NCBI GenBank assembly: GCA_965215885.1
Contig: CBDCEW010000102.1
Span: forward strand, 96,001-160,000
Source of the DNA: Candidatus Moanibacter sp.
GTDB taxonomy: Bacteria; Verrucomicrobiota; Verrucomicrobiia; Opitutales; UBA2987
Direction of reading: 5' to 3'
DNA length: 64,000 nucleotides
The position numbers were made by a program, and so were the translations under genes. Shown one piece after another: positions 11,035 through 19,889 of this stretch; the first letter of the stretch is position 1, and the number at the start of each line of letters is the position of its first letter. Under the pieces are notes generated by a model that saw nothing but the letters and a program-made list of their open reading frames with translations, did not search any database and had not been told where the DNA came from.

Positions 11035-11412
11035 CTAGAGGCTGAAACTCTCCCCACAGGAGCAGCTGCTCTTCGCATTGGGGTTTGCGAATTTAAACCC
11101 ACCTGTAATCAGTTTTTGCGAATAGTCGAGTTCAGTTCCCTTTAGATAGAGCGCACTCTTGGAGTCAATCACCACACGGGCTCCGGCGGAGTCCACCATA
11201 ATATCGCCTCGCTTCGGTTCCTCAATGAATTTCAGCCGATAGGACAAGCCATTGCAACCGCCCCCCGTAATGGCAACCCGCAAGAGATCTCCTTCTCTCT
11301 CCCGTGCAGCGAGTTCACCGATTTTCTCCCCTGCAGCTGCAGTCAACAGGATGAGCTTTTCGTTTCCCTTACGGACGCCCTCAGGTAGGACCCTGGAATC
11401 TGACTCATTCAT
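11035..11412 (-). CDS. A-type Fe-S carrier (HesB/IscA/SufA family)
   Basis: GGGCNGLSY, FANPNAKSSCSCGESF. Confidence 0.93.
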   Translation of the reverse strand: MNESDSRVLPEGVRKGNEKLILLTAAAGEKIGELAAREREGDLLRVAITGGGCNGLSYRLKFIEEPKRGDIMVDSAGARVVIDSKSALYLKGTELDYSQKLITGGFKFANPNAKSSCSCGESFSL

Positions 11413-11461
11413 TACTGAAAAGAAACAAATATAGGGAACTGATCGTGGATTTGCAATCTAA

Positions 11462-11734
11462 GTACTCGAATTCGTAAATACGGTGATGTATGTGGGAGCG
11501 CCGTTGGGGGTAGTGCAAGGCGCGCCGGCGACGGACAGCCCTGGCGGGCTCTCCTCGTCGGCGCAACGCCGCAATACCCTCAATGCCGCCCCATCCCCTT
11601 GGGACCGGGCGCTTTTGGCGCTGGGCAGCGTTGGTCGAGTCGCCCAAGGCCTAATGGCCTGGCACGACTCGACCGCCTCCCCCAGAATCCAAAATCGCCT
11701 CGGCATACATCATCGTATTTACGAATTTGAGTAC
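11462..11734. mobile_element. MITE, ~273 bp, ~31-bp TIRs, TAA flanks
   Basis: GTACTC(G/A)AATTCGTAAATACG(G/A)TGATGTATG inverted at both ends; TAA at 11459-11461 and 11735-11737. Confidence 0.85.
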
Positions 11735-11749
11735 TAAATTCGCGCACCG

Positions 11750-12376
11750 TTACCTCTTGCGCGCACCACCCGCATCTGGAAACAGTTCCATTTGAGGTTC
11801 TTTTATGAGGTCGTAGTTCTTTAAGATTCGCAGTATCTGTAGAATATCCGACTTCTGGTAATTGAGGTTTGTTTCCACTTTGGCGAGGATATCCTGCAAC
11901 ATCGAACGGAAAGATATAATTCCATCGACCCCGTGTTCCTTTAACAGCCGGATGCTCTCTGAGCGATGGGGTTCAGTTATCGGCAGGCCGGGTAGGACTA
12001 TGATCTTCAGGAGACCGGATCCATCATCAAAATCCTCCTCGTCAACGAATAGATCTTCAGCCTTCTTAAGGACGTTTTTTCCCAGAAATTTCAGGACTTC
12101 GGAACTGTTTTTCAGCATCGCCGGCGTAAACCTCAAAGTCGTATGCCAGCCTTTAACTACCACAATGGCCCGGTGAATATAGCGTAATTCACTGGAAAAG
12201 AGCAGGAACTCAGGCTTCCTCTCGCTCCGCACGAAGGCCGGATTGAATACCATAAGGTCGATCTCCTCTTCGGCCAGCTTCCTGCGCGACTGCACCTGAT
12301 ATTTGCGCAATTGGCGAACGAGGAATCCGTGCAGCTCGAAATACTCGCGAACGATATTTTCGTCAAATCCTGCCAT
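11750..12376 (-). CDS. Hypothetical protein with a PD-(D/E)xK-like fold signature
   Basis: ENIVREYFELHGFLV ... EIDLMV ... VVVKGW resembles the YraN/Hjc motif order. Confidence 0.55.
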   Translation of the reverse strand: MAGFDENIVREYFELHGFLVRQLRKYQVQSRRKLAEEEIDLMVFNPAFVRSERKPEFLLFSSELRYIHRAIVVVKGWHTTLRFTPAMLKNSSEVLKFLGKNVLKKAEDLFVDEEDFDDGSGLLKIIVLPGLPITEPHRSESIRLLKEHGVDGIISFRSMLQDILAKVETNLNYQKSDILQILRILKNYDLIKEPQMELFPDAGGARKR

Positions 12377-12414
12377 TCTCAGAAGAGTGAAATGCTTTTA
12401 GTTCCTAAAAGTTT

Positions 12415-13897
12415 GCCTCGTCAGCAGAATCTGTGGGTTATTTCGGGTTCAGGCAAGTCGCCCATGGTATGAAATAGGGCGATCTTAAGCACTTCGAAGC
12501 TCTTAAAGCCGTATGCTTTTCTGATAGTGAGATTTATATTGCGGTTAAAGCCCTCCACAATGCCGCAGGAAAAGGCCTTTTTGGCCCGAAACCAGTTGAG
12601 GATGAGCGGCTCGTGTTTGCGCACCGAGCGCACGAACCTTTTGATCGGTTTGAGGCGCGAACGCATGGCGCGCGTGCACCATTTTTTCAGATACCATTGG
12701 GCCCAGTAGGGACTTTTATAATGCCACAAGAGCTGAAAGCTCTCCTTTAGTAGATAGGCCCGCACGCTCTTCAGATCGTATTGGAGCACCTCCTTGAGGC
12801 GGATCTGTTGGGTGGGGGTGAGATTTTGCGGATTTTTCAAGAAACAGTATTTGCTTTTGACCAGCACGTTGATGTAGCCGTCCCGTTGCAATCGCCTGGC
12901 TTCCGCAGCACGAATCTCATTGAGGGCCTTGTTCAGGTTGGCTACCAAGTGGAAGCGATCGAGGATGTGCAGCGCCTGGGGTGCCTTTTTCTTGATCACT
13001 TTGAGGTAAGGCTTCCACAGATCCGAGCAGACGTAGAGGATCTGGCTGCTCTTTTGCGCTCCCAATTCCCAGAAAAAACGCAAGAGCGATTTTACGTTGC
13101 GCTTATTGAATACGCCCAATAGCCGCCGCCGCCCCTCGTCAAGCTGGTAGACCACGGTGAGATAGTGATGGCCTCGATGATACTGCACCTCATCGACTCC
13201 GATCGCCTCAATCCCGCTCATATCGCGCCGTTTGAGCCCCCAACGCACCATCGCCTCGACCGACTCGAAGACGTTGCGCCAGTTCGTGCGAAAAACCCTT
13301 GCCGTCTCTTCCCAGCTCAAGCGCCTCGCCCACTGGGCCAGAAACCATTGCATTGGCCAACTCAGATGACTCTTGCCCTTGGCCCAGGGCACCTCTTCGA
13401 CCTTCACCCCGCACCGCCGGCAATTGACCCGCCGCATGCGGTAACGAAAATACACCTTCATCCCCCACAAGGGCACAAATTCAAAATGCCTCGCCTCGCT
13501 CATGTGGTCGTAGCCGCTGGCCGTCCGGCCACACCCCGAACAGCACACCCGACTATTCTTGCGCGGCTCAATCTGCACCACAATCGCCTCCTCCGATTTC
13601 ACCATTTCCATACTCGCCTTTGCGTAAACAAAGCTCTTGAGCCAATAGCACCGATTCAGTAGCGTTTTGATGAGCACTGGGTCCTCCGTGTTCAGGATGT
13701 ATTTTCGGTACTACTTTCATCCTCGGAACGGCCCGGTGCTTCAACCTTTCAATCCCATATGCAAAGAAAACACCGACCAGCCCCTCCGGCTGTGGAGGAG
13801 CGGGATTCAGGGCAGCGCCCTGACTTCTCCTTGTGCTCACCGACTCTATTTCCTCTTGTAAGCGACGTTACCCACCCACAGATTCTGCTGTAGACCC
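12415..13897 (-). mobile_element. ISL3-family insertion sequence
   Basis: Imperfect 24-bp TIRs sharing CAGCAGAATCTGTGGGT; 8-bp TSD AAAAGTTT at 12407-12414 and 13898-13905. Confidence 0.95.
12421..13677 (-). CDS. ISL3-family transposase
   Basis: Zinc finger CSGCG...CRRCG, IGVDE, CSDLWKPY, LDRFH, AYLLKE, VEGFN, RKAYGF. Confidence 0.96.
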   Translation of the reverse strand: MLIKTLLNRCYWLKSFVYAKASMEMVKSEEAIVVQIEPRKNSRVCCSGCGRTASGYDHMSEARHFEFVPLWGMKVYFRYRMRRVNCRRCGVKVEEVPWAKGKSHLSWPMQWFLAQWARRLSWEETARVFRTNWRNVFESVEAMVRWGLKRRDMSGIEAIGVDEVQYHRGHHYLTVVYQLDEGRRRLLGVFNKRNVKSLLRFFWELGAQKSSQILYVCSDLWKPYLKVIKKKAPQALHILDRFHLVANLNKALNEIRAAEARRLQRDGYINVLVKSKYCFLKNPQNLTPTQQIRLKEVLQYDLKSVRAYLLKESFQLLWHYKSPYWAQWYLKKWCTRAMRSRLKPIKRFVRSVRKHEPLILNWFRAKKAFSCGIVEGFNRNINLTIRKAYGFKSFEVLKIALFHTMGDLPEPEITHRFC

Positions 13898-13903
13898 AAA
13901 AGT

Positions 13904-14998
13904 TTAATCATCCACCGCGCCGGCCTCCATCCACAATTCTCGGACTAATTCCGAAGGTGCGTCGTTTCTCGAAACGGCCGAGCCTATTTTATCCAGGACA
14001 ATGTAACGCATGGTTCCATACCTCACTTTCTTGTCTCGCTGCATTGCTTCGAGGAGCCGCCCAACCGATAGGGGATTCGCAAGCCGCACGGGCAAATCGT
14101 ATTTCGCGATCAAAGTCGATATCGCGCCCACCTCCGCTTCCTTCAATAACCCAATCCTGCAGGAAAGCCTAGCCGCCAGAACCATACCAACCGCCACTGC
14201 TTCCCCATGCAGATATTCGGCATAATTGGTCACCGCCTCGATCGCATGACCAAAAGTATGGCCCAGGTTTAAGAGTGCTCGCCCTCCTGAGGGGGCATTC
14301 TCCCTCTCATCATCCATAACAATTCTCCCCTTGATTGCGCAACAGGAATGGATGATTCGAGGCAGTTCCTTGTGTCCCGGTTCAAGCCTGTCCAACGACT
14401 CCAGTGTAGTAAAGAGTTCCACGTCGGCAAGCAAACCGGACTTGATCACCTCCGCCATACCCGACGAAAATTCACGGGATGAAAGCGTGCGCAAAAGATC
14501 CGTGTCGGCAAAGACGGCTTTCGGCTGGTAAAAGGCCCCCACAAGGTTTTTCCCCCTCCTCAGGTTTATGCCGGTCTTTCCGCCTACCGAGCTGTCCACC
14601 ATCGCCAGAAGGGTAGTGGGAACCTGATAGTAGTCGATTCCTCGCATGTAACTGGCTGCGGCAAAACCTCCTAAGTCTCCTACTACCCCTCCTCCAAAGG
14701 CGAAAAGATAGCCTGTCCGATCGACCTTTCTCTCGGATAGAAAGTCGTAAACTCTGCCCAAATGTTCAAGGGCTTTTGTCTCTTCGCCCGATGGCAGCAC
14801 AAGTAAGGGCAAATCGGGAAACGCTTTCTCGATATACTCCCTCTGGTGGGAATAGACTCCCTCATCCGTCAAAACAGCGCCGTTGCGATTCTCCGCGCGC
14901 AGCACATCTACCGCTTTGTGAACCCGGTCGAGTAGTTCCTCACCTACCAGAATCCTGTAGCCGCGCTCGCCAAGATCAACCTCCAGATCATAGCTCAT
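13904..14998 (-). CDS. aroB: 3-dehydroquinate synthase
   Basis: GGGVVGDLGGF, PTTLLAMVDSSVGGKTG, LNLGHTFGHAIE, HGEAV. Confidence 0.97.
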   Translation of the reverse strand: MSYDLEVDLGERGYRILVGEELLDRVHKAVDVLRAENRNGAVLTDEGVYSHQREYIEKAFPDLPLLVLPSGEETKALEHLGRVYDFLSERKVDRTGYLFAFGGGVVGDLGGFAAASYMRGIDYYQVPTTLLAMVDSSVGGKTGINLRRGKNLVGAFYQPKAVFADTDLLRTLSSREFSSGMAEVIKSGLLADVELFTTLESLDRLEPGHKELPRIIHSCCAIKGRIVMDDERENAPSGGRALLNLGHTFGHAIEAVTNYAEYLHGEAVAVGMVLAARLSCRIGLLKEAEVGAISTLIAKYDLPVRLANPLSVGRLLEAMQRDKKVRYGTMRYIVLDKIGSAVSRNDAPSELVRELWMEAGAVDD

Positions 14999-15007
14999 TT
15001 GGAGTGT

Positions 15008-15199
15008 TTAGCCGGGACATTTCACACACTTCGTAGCGAGAGTACGTAGATTGCTGCATATCAAAGCCTTTCCGCAGCACGGCGGGCGATCCCGGCGTGC
15101 CGGGATTGGGACCCTCTGAAGTCGGCGGGCAAGGGAACGCTTTGATAGGTACCGGCGCGCCGGGATCGTAGTAGAAGGTTTGTGGCATGTTCGGGCCAG
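15008..15199. mobile_element. MITE family A, long form
   Basis: CC(G)GGACATTTCACAC ... GTAGAAGGTTTGTGGCATGTTCGGG; homologous to 21362, 48079 and 59461 copies. Confidence 0.8.
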
Positions 15200-15249
15200 A
15201 TCATGTCAAATTAAGGAGTGTCTAAGCAAGCCAAAGGGAGAAAAGCGGA

Positions 15250-16167
15250 TCAGTCACGACCGAGAATTGCCTCGACGTAGTTGCGTGTTGAAAACGGCTG
15301 CAAATCCTCCGCCTGTTCGCCAAGCCCTACAAAGTAGATCGGTAACTTGAGCTCCCGATAAATGCCGACCAGTGCACCCCCTCGGCTTGTCCCATCGAGC
15401 TTCGTGATGACAATGCCTGTGAGACCAAACTCGCGATGAAACACCCTTGCCTGCTCAATCGAGTTCGAGCCGACCGTTCCATCTATGACGATCCAGCTGT
15501 GGTGCGGCGCAGCTTCTTCGTGTTTCTGCAGCACCTTTCGAATTTTCTGCAGTTCCGCCATGAGGTTACTCCGGGTGTGTAACCGCCCCGCCGTATCCAA
15601 TATTAACGCATCGCGCTTTCGGCTTCTAGCTGCCTCATAGGCATCAAAGGCAACAGCTGCGGCATCCGCCCCAGAATGGCTTGAAATGAGCTCCAGACCC
15701 AGACGATCCGCCCATATCTGTATCTGCTCGTTGGCGGCAGCTCGAAAAGTATCGCACGCCCCTAGGATGGGTTGATACCCCTTTCCCTTTAATCGAAATG
15801 CAAGCTTTGCCGCCGTAGTTGTTTTTCCCGATCCATTTGCCCCTACCAGACAGAAGACTTCGGGTCTTCCATCACCCACTTCAAACGCTCCTTCGGCGCC
15901 TTCCAGGATCCGATTTAAGACAGCTGCTCCGATCTGCCTCGCATCCTTTCCCAGCAACCCCCTGTCCTCTTGCACCGCGCTACGAATCTCATCGATTATA
16001 TCCGTGGTTGTCTCCACTCCGAAGTCGGTGCTGTAAAGTGCCTCTTCAATCTGCTCTATGGCCGCATTATCAAGTTTTTCTGTTCCTAAGACCCCCGCGA
16101 TCGCCCCGAACAAAGACTCTTTGGTGTGTGCCAATCCCCTCTTGAATCTGGAATACACACCGAGCAT
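15250..16167 (-). CDS. ftsY: Signal recognition particle receptor FtsY
   Basis: GANGSGKTTT, DTFRAAA, DTAGR, TKLDGTSRGG. Confidence 0.97.
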   Translation of the reverse strand: MLGVYSRFKRGLAHTKESLFGAIAGVLGTEKLDNAAIEQIEEALYSTDFGVETTTDIIDEIRSAVQEDRGLLGKDARQIGAAVLNRILEGAEGAFEVGDGRPEVFCLVGANGSGKTTTAAKLAFRLKGKGYQPILGACDTFRAAANEQIQIWADRLGLELISSHSGADAAAVAFDAYEAARSRKRDALILDTAGRLHTRSNLMAELQKIRKVLQKHEEAAPHHSWIVIDGTVGSNSIEQARVFHREFGLTGIVITKLDGTSRGGALVGIYRELKLPIYFVGLGEQAEDLQPFSTRNYVEAILGRD

Positions 16168-16220
16168 ATTATCGGTCTCAAATCTTAGTAATATATCCTT
16201 GCCGGGAAACGGTAAGGTTC

Positions 16221-16655
16221 CTAATCCCCCGATGCCTCCCGTAAGGGCCTCTTCAACTTCAGTTTGTACTCGTCGAGTATTCCATTTATAAAGCGCTTGG
16301 AATCCTCGATCGAAAACAGCTTACTGAGCTCAATGGCTTCGTTTATCGAGACGATGGGAGGTATGTCATTGCGAAACATCATCTCGTAGATAGCCAGGCG
16401 GAGAATGGAAAGATCGATCTTTGCGATTCGTCGAAAATCCCAATTTTTGGCGTATTCATTAATCACTGCGTCGATTTCACTACGACTTTCAATAACGCCG
16501 TTCACCAGATCTTCCGCGAAACTGTAATAGTCTCGAGGGTGCTCCTGCTTCTCGAGGAACTCTCGGATGTCGCCGGCAAAGTCTTCGGAAGGGTTTATCT
16601 CCCACATATACAGTAGTTGAATCGTAGCAATACGGTTGTCTCGCCTGCTGCTCAT
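16221..16655 (-). CDS. nusB: Transcription antitermination factor NusB
   Basis: IDLSILRLAIYE, INEAIELSK, FINGILD. Confidence 0.96.
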   Translation of the reverse strand: MSSRRDNRIATIQLLYMWEINPSEDFAGDIREFLEKQEHPRDYYSFAEDLVNGVIESRSEIDAVINEYAKNWDFRRIAKIDLSILRLAIYEMMFRNDIPPIVSINEAIELSKLFSIEDSKRFINGILDEYKLKLKRPLREASGD

Positions 16656-16676
16656 AACGATACTTAGCGACCCCGA

Positions 16677-17243
16677 TCAGGACTTCCATTGGTCCGAATC
16701 ACGATCCTCTTCCAGGAAAATATCCCGCAATTTTCCTTCTTCTTCATACTCCTCGTGAATTTCCCCAAACTGTTCCGCAAACTGATTTGAGAGGCTCGCC
16801 ATTTCAAGCGCGGCGAAAGCAAATTCTTCGCCCCGGTTAATCTTCTCTCCGCATCGCGCCTCCGCTTGTTCAGGGGTTTCAGCCACGATGATACCGTTTA
16901 TAACCGGTACTCCTGTCTCCAGTCCGATTCTAATAAAGGCCTCACTGGTGTTATTCGCAATTATCTCATGATGCTGCGTATCACCGGCAATCAAAACACC
17001 GAGCGCGATGATACAATCAAAGAAGCCCGTTCCCGCAAGCATACCGACAGCGTAGGGAACTTCGTGCGATCCCGGAACACGAACTGTCTGCAAATCAAGT
17101 TTGTCGACCATGGATGCATGCAGCGTCTTGAGGACATTTTCCAGCAACCGATCGACATACTTCTGATTGTAGCGTGCCGCCACGATGCCGAGATTCAAAT
17201 ATCCACCTTCGTATGATGTCCCTTTGGGAGAATCCTGACTCAT
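16677..17243 (-). CDS. ribH: 6,7-dimethyl-8-ribityllumazine synthase
   Basis: VRVPGSHEVP, IALGVLIAGDTQH, VPVINGI; acidic C-terminal extension. Confidence 0.93.
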   Translation of the reverse strand: MSQDSPKGTSYEGGYLNLGIVAARYNQKYVDRLLENVLKTLHASMVDKLDLQTVRVPGSHEVPYAVGMLAGTGFFDCIIALGVLIAGDTQHHEIIANNTSEAFIRIGLETGVPVINGIIVAETPEQAEARCGEKINRGEEFAFAALEMASLSNQFAEQFGEIHEEYEEEGKLRDIFLEEDRDSDQWKS

Positions 17244-17268
17244 CGGTAGTCGATCGTTGCCTGGTGTT

Positions 17269-18399
17269 TCAGCTCAGTGGAATTTGCTCGACGATTTCCA
17301 ATCCGTAACTGTCGAGACCAATGATATGTCGAGGGGTACTCGACAGAAGACGAACTTTGCCGAGACCGAGTTCAACCAATATCTGTGCACCAATACCGTA
17401 GTCTCTAAAATCAAGCGGTACTGATGAAGCCTCTGCCGGCTTCTCCTTGTGGGCATTCAGCAGGTTCAAACCACTATTCCGTTTTTCCAGGTAAACCACC
17501 ACGCCCTGTCCCTCACTCACAATCATTTCGAGTGATTTCTCCAGGTTTTCGTGGCTCCTCACTGCCTTCGACTTGAAGATGTCTCCTAAGAGATTTTGTC
17601 TCTGGACCCGAACCAACGTGGGGCTCTTATCCAGGGCACCTTTGACCAGAGCAACATGATGTCGCCCGTCCACCTTGCTGCGAAAAATATGCAGGTCGAA
17701 TTCACCGTATTCGGAAGAGAAAGGTTGAGAGGAAACACATTCGATTAATTTCTCTCTCTGATGGCGGTAAACGATCAACTCCGCGATCGCCATCAACTTC
17801 AACCCGAATCGCTCCTTGTATTCAATCAGTTGTGGAAGATGCGCACAAGATCCGTCCTCATTGAGAATCTCGCATACTACAGCACTGGGATGGAGCCCTG
17901 CCAATGCCGCGAGATCGACGCTGGCTTCAGTGTGCCCGGCTCGTTCGAGAACACCTCCGGAACGGGCGCGTAGGGGAAAGACATGGCCAGGCTGAACCAG
18001 CATGTCTGACGTCGACTTGGGATCACCAAGAATATTGATTGTTCTCGTGCGGTCATAAGCACTGATTCCCGTCGTGATCCCATCTGCAGCATCGACCGAT
18101 ACCGTGAAATCCGTCCGATGGGATTCGCGATTCTGTTCGACCATCGTGTTGATACCGAGTCTTCTTAACTGGTTGTCCGTAGTAGGCACGCAGATTAGCC
18201 CGCGGGCGTGCCGGATCATCATATTTATTGTCTCAGTTGTGGCCTTGGAAGCCGCCATCACCAGGTCGCCTTCGTTTTCACGGTTTCTGTCATCGGTAAC
18301 GATGACTAACTTTCCCGCGGCAATATCGGCGATTGCCTCTTCTACCGAATTAAACGGTGATGATAATGATGATGGCATAGCTGAAAGAGCGCAGATCAA
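17269..18399 (-). CDS. ribB: DHBP synthase fused to a degenerate GTP cyclohydrolase II domain (RibBX-type)
   Basis: RENEGDL, TTGISAYDR, PGHVFPL, RAGHTEA; C-terminal DFRDYGIGAQIL but no Zn-binding cysteines; start may be the second Met. Confidence 0.92.
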   Translation of the reverse strand: MICALSAMPSSLSSPFNSVEEAIADIAAGKLVIVTDDRNRENEGDLVMAASKATTETINMMIRHARGLICVPTTDNQLRRLGINTMVEQNRESHRTDFTVSVDAADGITTGISAYDRTRTINILGDPKSTSDMLVQPGHVFPLRARSGGVLERAGHTEASVDLAALAGLHPSAVVCEILNEDGSCAHLPQLIEYKERFGLKLMAIAELIVYRHQREKLIECVSSQPFSSEYGEFDLHIFRSKVDGRHHVALVKGALDKSPTLVRVQRQNLLGDIFKSKAVRSHENLEKSLEMIVSEGQGVVVYLEKRNSGLNLLNAHKEKPAEASSVPLDFRDYGIGAQILVELGLGKVRLLSSTPRHIIGLDSYGLEIVEQIPLS

Positions 18400-18535
18400 T
18401 TTGCCTACGCCATATTTCTACCGTTAACAACTTTAAAATCGGCGCTAGTCCCGGCCAGCCGGGATCGGATTTTATGCTTCTTTCGAAGGATTTACTCGGT
18501 CCTTATGAACATGCTACCGAAGAGACTCAGGTAAA

Positions 18536-19513
18536 TTGCATAAAGATCAAAAACAAAGTGAACCTTTCGCGGTAGACTTCGAGTCGCTCCAATGTCGACT
18601 CGGGGCTGATCTGTTGGGTCGCCGGATGCGAAAACAGGCCGAGTTATGGGCCCGTCTCGTGCATCAGGGCCAAGGCATCCTTTCCCTTGAGAGATATCTT
18701 CCCATCGACAGGATACTCAATTCGTGCTTACGCGTTTTCGGGTTTTACGAAAGGGGAAACCGGAATTTTCGAGATTTGGGCCTTGTCGAAAATCACGTAT
18801 CACTTGCGAACCTTCCACTCCCCTTCGACGGATATCGCATTCTGCAGATGAGCGATCTCCACCTTGACCTCGATACTTCTCTCACTCCCGCTATTATCGA
18901 AGTTCTAGGCAAAGCCGATTGCGATCTGGCTGTCATAACGGGTGACTTTCGCAATACCACTACGGATTTTCACGGCGAGGCCCTTCGACAGTTGAAAAGA
19001 ATCATGAAGCATCTACCGATGCCGGTTTACGGTGTTCTCGGCAATCACGACTTTATTGAAATGGTCCCGGAACTTGAAGCATTAGGCCTGCGTATACTGC
19101 TGAACGAGAACGTTGTCCTCCAACTAAAGGATTCCACTATTCGCCTGGCCGGAGTCGACGATCCTACTTTCTACGAAACGCACGATTTGAAGGCAGCCGG
19201 CCGTAACAGAGCGAAACGCGAGTTCACCATCCTCCTCTCCCACGGACCGAAGATCTACCGTGATGCCGAAGGAGCGGATATTGATCTCATGCTATGTGGA
19301 CATACGCATGGTGGCCAGATTTGCCTCCCTGGTGGTTGGATTGTCGTCCGCAACGGCGAATGCCCTCTTCGAATGATCTCCGGTGCCTGGAGATACAGGG
19401 AGCTTTCCGGCTACACTTCCCGAGGCACCGGATGCACCGGAATCGCCATCCGGTTCAATTGTCCGCCCGAAATTACCGTGCATGTCCTCCACGCGAAATC
19501 TGTCGGATCCTAG
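18536..19513 (+). CDS. Calcineurin-like metallophosphoesterase
   Basis: SDLH, TGDF, GNHD, LSH, GHTHGGQ, SRGTG, PPEI. Confidence 0.92.
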   Translation: MHKDQKQSEPFAVDFESLQCRLGADLLGRRMRKQAELWARLVHQGQGILSLERYLPIDRILNSCLRVFGFYERGNRNFRDLGLVENHVSLANLPLPFDGYRILQMSDLHLDLDTSLTPAIIEVLGKADCDLAVITGDFRNTTTDFHGEALRQLKRIMKHLPMPVYGVLGNHDFIEMVPELEALGLRILLNENVVLQLKDSTIRLAGVDDPTFYETHDLKAAGRNRAKREFTILLSHGPKIYRDAEGADIDLMLCGHTHGGQICLPGGWIVVRNGECPLRMISGAWRYRELSGYTSRGTGCTGIAIRFNCPPEITVHVLHAKSVGS

Positions 19514-19564
19514 CAGCCTGTCGGACTCTTTTCATCAGGCTGCTAGGAATCTTATAGTAGCTCC

Positions 19565-19856
19565 AGGTTATTCATCCAAGGGGCCGAGTGGAGCCGCAGG
19601 AAAAACTCGGCGAGGCCCCTTTGTGAATAACTTGGCCGATCAGTGGTTGGCGATGGGTCAAAGAGTTTGTTTGGCTAAGGGTGAAAATATTCAAAGGCAG
19701 CCGTCCACTACGAACTTAGGAATCAGTCCGAAGAGGACTTCCGACAGAATTTCGAGTGGACGGCCTGCCTGGATGACCGAAAACGAACACTCAGTTTACA
19801 TCCTCATAACAGGATCCAACTATAAGGACTTCGCCTGGACATCCAGTGCCTTTGAA
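19565..19856 (+). ncRNA. Predicted IS110 bridge RNA
   Basis: Target loop guides TAGGAATC (19717-19724) and TCCGACAG (19740-19747); donor loop guides CTCAGTTTAC (19790-19799) and ACTATAAG (19819-19826); closing stems GCCGTCCACT/AGTGGACGGC, CTGGATG/CATCCAG, TCAAAGGC/GCCTTTGA; ends approximate. Confidence 0.88.
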
Positions 19857-19889
19857 AAAAGCAAAAAGACAAACTAAAGGAACAAAGGG

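Noticed and set aside
11035..11412. HesB-like selenoprotein
   Set aside because: All three conserved positions are Cys; no in-frame TGA
12422..12438. ISL3 TIR resembles the IS110 target (GAATCTGT)
   Set aside because: Only an 8-bp shared core with mismatches on both guide arms; likely coincidence
18400..18535. FMN riboswitch upstream of ribB
   Set aside because: No RFN conserved motifs seen; short divergent intergenic region
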